Below are positions 42,839-47,673 of a DNA stretch of 47,673 nucleotides, piece after piece. Location: contig JAJFVI010000142.1 in the NCBI GenBank assembly GCA_021371895.1, positions 1-47,673 on the forward strand, written 5' to 3'. The first letter of the stretch is position 1; each line of letters opens with the position of its first letter. The DNA is from Eubacteriales bacterium (GTDB taxonomy: Bacteria; Bacillota; Clostridia; Christensenellales; Aristaeellaceae). A model generated the notes under the pieces. It saw only the letters and a list, made by a program, of their open reading frames with translations, ran no database searches and was not told where the DNA came from. The position numbers and the translations under genes are program-made.

Positions 42839-44623
42839 CTATGCAGCCATGGAAGGTACATACACCAGCCGCCCGCCGACAGCCCGAGAGCGAGTCGCCG
42901 ACGCAGTAGCCACAGTCAGAAAGAACCCACCCGCATCACCGCCACTATGCCAACCACCGCCCAGCGAACAAACCCGCCAACCAGCGGTTGCGACATCCTG
43001 CCAGAAGTAATCGCCCACGGGTACAGAACTGTTGCCTGTGGTTCCGGACGGGATAAACAGCCAGTCGTATTCTTCGTTGTAAGCGAACGCGGAAATGTAT
43101 CCGTTCGCCTGCGCAATACTGATCCCGGCGTTCTTGTAGGGGGTAGCTTCGGAATCATCCGCGAAGGTGTTATCCGCAATAAACACTTCGCCAACAGCGT
43201 TTTTCACGTTGATCCCGTCCACCCATTTCCAGATGTTGCCGAAGAAGTTTTCTTCACCGCGATAGCTGATCACGTTGAAGCCGTTTCCGTTTGTCACCGA
43301 ACCGGAAGCGTTGCCAAGGTTAGAGGTCGCGCCGCTTATTTCTGTCATGGCGGTACTTCCATCGTCGGTTTTGGTGGTTACCCCGTTGCCTAACCCGGTT
43401 TGCATGTTCATCGCGCCATATTCGATCGTGTACAACAGTTCGGACAGCGCGACAGTCTGCACAAGTTGCTGTTGCCAACCGGAACCGCGATTGTTCGCCA
43501 GTTTCCGCGTCTTAGCACGGGTCAGGTCGTTAACCAGTCCGCTTGCGGGCTTCGCGCCGCCAATGGAGCTTAGCTTGTCACCCGTGGTTACGGTAAAGTC
43601 AGCGGTCACCGTATCGTTCAGAATGTAGGCAGCAGCGGAAACATCGTAGATACTGCCTTCGTATGCGGAAAGGTAGATCACGTTGTTTTCAACGCCGTTG
43701 TATTTGAACGCGGGGTGCAGCTTAAACCCTGCTTTGGGGGTCATGCTGATGTAATACCGCGCCTTGCGCAGATGGTAACCCTTGCCGTTGCCTTGCGCAA
43801 TCTTTTCCGTAACCAGCGGCACGACCCGATAATAGCATTTCGGTTGTTCCACCATCACCTGCACGCTGGTACCAATAGGGTACGTGGTTCCCCCAATGGT
43901 AATGGCGCTGATCAACGCGCCGCTTTCGGTGTATCCGGCATCCCCGTAATAAGCGAGCACTTTACCAGCGTCCGTAACAATGCAACGCCTGCGCCCGCCA
44001 AAACAGCCAATCGTGTCAAAACTCGCGCCGGATGTTTTTCCAATCGCTCCGGCTAATCTCGTGAAGGTTTTATTGGTGTAATCGACCTCAACGCCGTATA
44101 CGTCGTTTTCCGTATACCCAACGTATCCTTTCAATTTTGCGATCTCTGCCGTTAAAGTGTTTACATCGCCGATGGACGCGTATCCGGCAGGGTCTACCGT
44201 CAGCGTCACCTGCGAAGCGCTTCCCACCGTCACAAGGAACTTGAAGTACGCGCCGCTTACCGTAACGCCGTTAGAAGGCGGCATATAACCCGCTGTCAAG
44301 GCGCGGGCAACCGCATAGAGGATTTCCCCTTCGTCCGGATCAGTCGCGTATAGGCCAATGGTCTGTATTTGGTATCCGGTGCTCAAAGCGCTGTTGTCAA
44401 TCGCGCCTTCCACCAGTACCGATGTGCTGTTGGATATGGTTTTCTTCGTAATCGGGGCGCTTTGCTTGATGTTGGTAAGCGCCGTGAGCGCGGCAATCTG
44501 CCCTTCCGTGTAAACCGTGCTGGATAGCTTAATCGCGGTAAAATTGCAAAAACCAGACCCCAGCATCAGTTTTGCCATCAGGGCGTGGCCTTTGTTGGTA
44601 ATCACAAACGTACTGAATTCCAT
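42839..44623 (-). CDS. Tail fibre / receptor-binding protein, DGR target with a C-terminal Mtd-like (C-type-lectin-fold) variable domain
   Basis: It sits after the baseplate genes and carries the VR in its last 45 codons or so. I prefer the ATG at 44623 (MEFSTFVITNKG) over the ORF-track TTG at 44653. Confidence 0.85.
   Translation of the reverse strand: MEFSTFVITNKGHALMAKLMLGSGFCNFTAIKLSSTVYTEGQIAALTALTNIKQSAPITKKTISNSTSVLVEGAIDNSALSTGYQIQTIGLYATDPDEGEILYAVARALTAGYMPPSNGVTVSGAYFKFLVTVGSASQVTLTVDPAGYASIGDVNTLTAEIAKLKGYVGYTENDVYGVEVDYTNKTFTRLAGAIGKTSGASFDTIGCFGGRRRCIVTDAGKVLAYYGDAGYTESGALISAITIGGTTYPIGTSVQVMVEQPKCYYRVVPLVTEKIAQGNGKGYHLRKARYYISMTPKAGFKLHPAFKYNGVENNVIYLSAYEGSIYDVSAAAYILNDTVTADFTVTTGDKLSSIGGAKPASGLVNDLTRAKTRKLANNRGSGWQQQLVQTVALSELLYTIEYGAMNMQTGLGNGVTTKTDDGSTAMTEISGATSNLGNASGSVTNGNGFNVISYRGEENFFGNIWKWVDGINVKNAVGEVFIADNTFADDSEATPYKNAGISIAQANGYISAFAYNEEYDWLFIPSGTTGNSSVPVGDYFWQDVATAGWRVCSLGGGWHSGGDAGGFFLTVATASATRSRAVGGRLVYVPSMAA
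42867..42973 (-). repeat. DGR variable repeat (VR) in the 3' end of the tail-fibre gene
   Basis: It differs from the TR at 28 of 107 positions, every one at a TR coding-strand adenine (28 of 34 TR adenines changed). All 73 non-adenine positions are identical. It encodes VCSLGGGWHSGGDAGGFFLTVATASATRSRAVGGR. Confidence 0.9.
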
Positions 44624-44645
44624 GTTCCCATCATCCTTTCTATTC

Positions 44646-45341
44646 TTACCCAATCATGGCGGTACCGCATATGCCATTTGCAACCAGCATGTTACCGTTT
44701 ATGTTGACGGTTTCGGCTATATCGTTTGTCAGAAACAGCATTTCGGTTTGTTCCATGCCTGCCGCAAGGTATTCTGGCACATTTGCGGCGCATTCCCCGG
44801 TCAGGTCGTTGGTCAGGAAAAGCGTGTTGGTTTCAGTAATGCCCCCACCGTATCGCATCTGCCCGGCAGTTAGTCCTTCCAGCTTGTTTTGTGAAATGAT
44901 TCTTAGGTTGCAAGGCATAATTGCTTTCAACAGGTAAGCCAGATCGTCCACCTGCCCGCGCTGTTCAAGGCGGGTCGTAATGGTGATTTCGTACTCGGTT
45001 GTTGAAACCTCAACTTCAATATTCTCATTTCCCTGTATGGAAACGATCTTATTGCGTAAGGTTTTCAACGTATAGGGGGTAACGTCGTTCCACCGGGCGA
45101 ATAGCCGGGTGCGCCGCAAGGCTAACGTATCGTCGGCAAAGGGCAGGACACCCACAATTTTTTCAAACCGTGCGATTCCGTCTGCGTCCGCGCTGTCAAT
45201 AAACAGGTTGTCAAGTAGCCGCCCGCATTCATCGGATAGCGTTTGAAATTCCGGTTCTTCGGCCTGAATCAACCGCACAAGCTCTTTGTATTCCTGCATG
45301 ATCGGGGGCAGGTAACCGATCATATCCACGTTATGCGCCAT
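44646..45341 (-). CDS. Phage tail/baseplate protein, XkdU/YmfQ-like (DUF2313-like)
   Basis: 231 aa. The N-terminus ...YLPPIMQEYKELVRLIQAEEPEFQ... and its position after baseplate J fit this family. Confidence 0.7.
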   Translation of the reverse strand: MAHNVDMIGYLPPIMQEYKELVRLIQAEEPEFQTLSDECGRLLDNLFIDSADADGIARFEKIVGVLPFADDTLALRRTRLFARWNDVTPYTLKTLRNKIVSIQGNENIEVEVSTTEYEITITTRLEQRGQVDDLAYLLKAIMPCNLRIISQNKLEGLTAGQMRYGGGITETNTLFLTNDLTGECAANVPEYLAAGMEQTEMLFLTNDIAETVNINGNMLVANGICGTAMIG

Positions 45342-46401
45342 TGCTGATCCCTCCGAACACCGGGATTTGGTTATTGGTCACGGTCAGGTTGCCTACTGTA
45401 CCGTTTATGGCTGTGCCCGTCACATCCACAATACCCGTTACCGCCAACAGCCTTGTTTCAATTTGCGCCACACGCACAATCACGTTGGCGTTGTTCGCCC
45501 ACGTTCTGCGCAATTCCAGCAGGTAGGTTTCAATCACCTGATCCATCGTGTTTTGCAGGTTCGCCCACCCGTACCCGGTATCAAATTCAACGGTCAGCGT
45601 AATATTGATTGCCATTTCCTCGGCGGTATCCACGGTCACCGTATGTCCAATGGGCGCGATCCCAAGCCCCGTGCCTTGGGGCGCAGGGTCAACCGCGTCC
45701 TGAACGGAAGCGATCAAGGCTCCGCTCGCTTGGTCATAGTCTGAATTGAGTATGGTCAGCTTTACGGTTCCCGCCCCGTTCCAGATCGGGGTTACTTTGG
45801 TTGCGCCAACGCCCTCAATCGCATTGGTTTTATCCAGATAATCCTGTCGGTTGCCCCCATAAGGCCGATCGCTGAAGGTTGCAAAATAGCGGGTTCGTAA
45901 GTCCTCGGTCGCTTCCTCGTCCTCACCGGGGATCAATACTTCTGTAAGCGCCGCGCTTTCCAAACCGTCCACATAATCAATGGGCACCAGCGTTCCAAGG
46001 TAATGCCCTCCGGCAACGCCCGTCGTTTCGCATTGCACCTTGTAAAGCCCCGCTTCCGCGTCAATGGCTTCTGTCACCACGTAATTCAGGGTTTCAAGGT
46101 TAAAGCGTTTCCCTGCCACCATAGCGTTCACGGGCAGGAATGTGCCTTTTAATATGGCATACGTCGCAGGGTAGGGGGTAACCCCGCGTTCTTTGCAGCG
46201 CCGTATCAGGTATTCCCGGTCATTTGTATCGGCAAACGCCTGATTCATCAGTTCGTTCAGCACCACATACATCAGTTCCAATTCCAACGCGGCAGGGGCT
46301 AATGCGTCCCAAATAATGGAACCTTCGCGCTTGTCCAAATCGTCCGGCACACGATCCAGCATTCGCTGCATAATCTGGTCAAATACGTTTTCTTCATACA
46401 T
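45331..46401 (-). CDS. Baseplate J-like protein (XkdT-like)
   Basis: 356 aa. The N-terminus FDQIMQRMLDRVPDDLDKREGSIIWDALAPAA is typical of Baseplate_J proteins. Confidence 0.82.
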   Translation of the reverse strand: MYEENVFDQIMQRMLDRVPDDLDKREGSIIWDALAPAALELELMYVVLNELMNQAFADTNDREYLIRRCKERGVTPYPATYAILKGTFLPVNAMVAGKRFNLETLNYVVTEAIDAEAGLYKVQCETTGVAGGHYLGTLVPIDYVDGLESAALTEVLIPGEDEEATEDLRTRYFATFSDRPYGGNRQDYLDKTNAIEGVGATKVTPIWNGAGTVKLTILNSDYDQASGALIASVQDAVDPAPQGTGLGIAPIGHTVTVDTAEEMAINITLTVEFDTGYGWANLQNTMDQVIETYLLELRRTWANNANVIVRVAQIETRLLAVTGIVDVTGTAINGTVGNLTVTNNQIPVFGGISNGA

Positions 46402-46808
46402 CAGATCACCACCACCTTTTCAAAGTCTACATCGCCGTAAATCGTATGTACGGTAAAAGTACACTGCACTTTGCCCTGTTCCACCGCAAAACTAAAATTG
46501 TCAACGCTGTCAATTCGGCTGTCCCACGTCAGCGCTTCCGCAATTCTCCGTTTCAGTTCCGGCAGCACGTAGGTAATGGGTTCGCCGATCAGTTCAAGCA
46601 ATTCCACCCCGTAATTACGAGAGTAAACCGGATATTCGTAGCGTTCTGTGGTCAGGATTTTGTGTATTGCCTGCACCATGCTGTCTTTCCCGTCCACCTG
46701 TCCGCGAATCCGGCCTTTTTCAATATCCAGATAGTACGTTTTGCTTGGATAAATACCAATTTCGTACGTGGTATTCAGAAAATTGTTTTCATCAATCGGC
46801 AACATCAA
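46401..46808 (-). CDS. Baseplate protein, XkdS-like (DUF2634-like)
   Basis: 135 aa. The call rests on position, size and the motif ...MVQAIHKILTTERYEYPVYSRNYGVEL. Its stop overlaps the start of the next gene. Confidence 0.6.
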   Translation of the reverse strand: MMLPIDENNFLNTTYEIGIYPSKTYYLDIEKGRIRGQVDGKDSMVQAIHKILTTERYEYPVYSRNYGVELLELIGEPITYVLPELKRRIAEALTWDSRIDSVDNFSFAVEQGKVQCTFTVHTIYGDVDFEKVVVI

Positions 46809-47254
46809 ACCACCCTATCTATCACAACGTATTGTTGCCCGCCGTTCATACGAATCAGCAGCACGTATTCGCCCGCCTGTAAGGCGTTATGCACGGTCAT
46901 GCTTTTTCGGCCTTCAATTGGGTGCGCGTGCCCCAAACTTTTTAATTCGGTTTCAAACTCCAAAATAGCGTGCGGGTGCGGGGGGTCACCGCCAACCTCG
47001 GTGTTTAAGGGTAAAACCTTATGTTTGTGACTGCCCAACGCAGTTTCAGTAGACCAACCCACTGTTACATCCACATTAAATTCGGTCACATTGCGGGTCA
47101 GGATCAGCATTGGCGCAGTCAGCACTAATTTTTGTTCGATGGTGATTTCAAGCGGGCTGGCGCTTGTTACCAATCCGAAAATCAGGTCAACAGGCTTGGA
47201 GGATGCTACGGCTTCCAGCGCGGCTTTCTTCATGCTTTCCACAATGTCAGGCAA
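46805..47254 (-). CDS. Baseplate protein, XkdR-like (DUF2577-like)
   Basis: 149 aa. The call rests on position between the XkdQ-like and XkdS-like genes, with overlapping start and stop codons. Confidence 0.55.
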   Translation of the reverse strand: MPDIVESMKKAALEAVASSKPVDLIFGLVTSASPLEITIEQKLVLTAPMLILTRNVTEFNVDVTVGWSTETALGSHKHKVLPLNTEVGGDPPHPHAILEFETELKSLGHAHPIEGRKSMTVHNALQAGEYVLLIRMNGGQQYVVIDRVV

Positions 47255-47673
47255 TGAATTCGCCCCCTCGCAACGTCAAATCCATCGTATGTTCGTTATC
47301 CTTGAAGCGATGGGTGCATTTTTCAACCAACATGTAGTTGCTCAATTTCACGTCCCCAAGGTCAAGTTGCACCACGATGGTGCTTCCTGCCCGTACCCGC
47401 ATGTCGCCAAGGCAATCCCGCAAACGCAAGTTTTTAGTCTTGGTGTTATAAAGTTTGAGCAGCGTGTCGGCCTTTAATTTGGCATTTTCGGAAGTAGTCA
47501 GCTTTTCAAAGTAGGCCAGCGTGCCCCACTTTGCCATGGTTGCTTTATCCTGCGATACATATACGTGGCGCACGCCATCTTCTTCATCGTCATAAATCAG
47601 CTTGACTCGGTTATAGGTCTGTTCGTCGATGGTGCTGACATAGGTAAAATTCTCGCCCGTTTCAGCGTCAATC
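47247..47673 (-). CDS. XkdQ/YqbQ-like baseplate hub protein, C-terminal part (5' end outside the window)
   Basis: The reading frame stays open from 47573 to the window edge (...IDAETGENFTYVSTIDEQTYNRVKLIYDDEEDGVRHVYVS...). The ORF-track Met at 47573 is an internal GTG Val. Confidence 0.6.
   Translation of the reverse strand, partial: IDAETGENFTYVSTIDEQTYNRVKLIYDDEEDGVRHVYVSQDKATMAKWGTLAYFEKLTTSENAKLKADTLLKLYNTKTKNLRLRDCLGDMRVRAGSTIVVQLDLGDVKLSNYMLVEKCTHRFKDNEHTMDLTLRGGEFIA

Larger units (their letters stand above)
41387..42973 (-). mobile_element. Diversity-generating retroelement cassette (VR in the target gene, then TR, then RT)
   Basis: See the RT, TR and VR features. The order on the minus strand is target 3' end with VR, 93 nt, TR, a 136-175 nt spacer, then RT. 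Confidence 0.9.
39088..47673 (-). mobile_element. PBSX-like prophage or phage-tail-like element (baseplate, tail fibre with DGR, and lysis modules); it continues beyond the window
   Basis: All genes are on the minus strand and tightly packed or overlapping. The gene order resembles XkdQ-R-S-T-U, then tail fibre, XkdW/X-like genes, endolysin and membrane proteins. The DNA is visibly more AT-rich than 1-38.9 kb. Confidence 0.8.

Noticed and set aside
42329-43393. Plus-strand ORFs 42329..42703, 42783..43010 and 42809..43393, considered as candidates for the missing Avd accessory gene.
   Set aside because: They lie on the wrong strand relative to the cassette and overlap the TR, the VR or the RT 5' end. 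Their translations are Pro/Ser/Arg-rich with no helical-bundle character.

Overview
All calls come from reading the ORF translations and the DNA by eye. No searches were run, and hand-derived coordinates may be off by a few nt. The window is a GC-rich, Clostridia-like chromosomal segment that runs into a lower-GC phage-like element.

Left to right:
- The 3' end of an IS transposase, then rapZ and murB on the minus strand.
- A complete de novo purine operon on the minus strand: purE-purC-purF-purM-purN-IMP cyclohydrolase-purH (AICARFT only)-purD-purL-purB. It is driven by a perfect TTGACA-N17-TATAAT promoter with a PurBox-like site. Three of its intergenic gaps carry a family of modular GC-rich palindromic repeats.
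- A nitroreductase, a GuaA paralogue with a degenerate glutaminase domain, and dapF-dapL.
- A four-gene plus-strand cluster at 22.0-30.6 kb: a lipoprotein, a 4-TM protein, a tubulin/FtsZ-like GTPase with a coiled-coil tail, and a 1216-aa protein with C-terminal actin/Hsp70-fold ATPase motifs. The last two genes are ATGA-coupled. I cannot assign this cluster to any described system, and it is my best candidate for something new.
- An hslO-containing minus-strand operon, a SAM methyltransferase and a DUF624-like membrane protein.
- From about 39.1 kb to the window edge, a PBSX-like prophage or tail-like element with baseplate, tail fibre and lysis genes. It carries a textbook diversity-generating retroelement (DGR). 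The RT has the IGNYHSQ and YMDD motifs. A 107-nt template repeat (TR) matches a variable repeat (VR) at the 3' end of the tail-fibre gene, and the two differ at 28 positions, every one a TR adenine.

No rRNA, tRNA or CRISPR array was seen.
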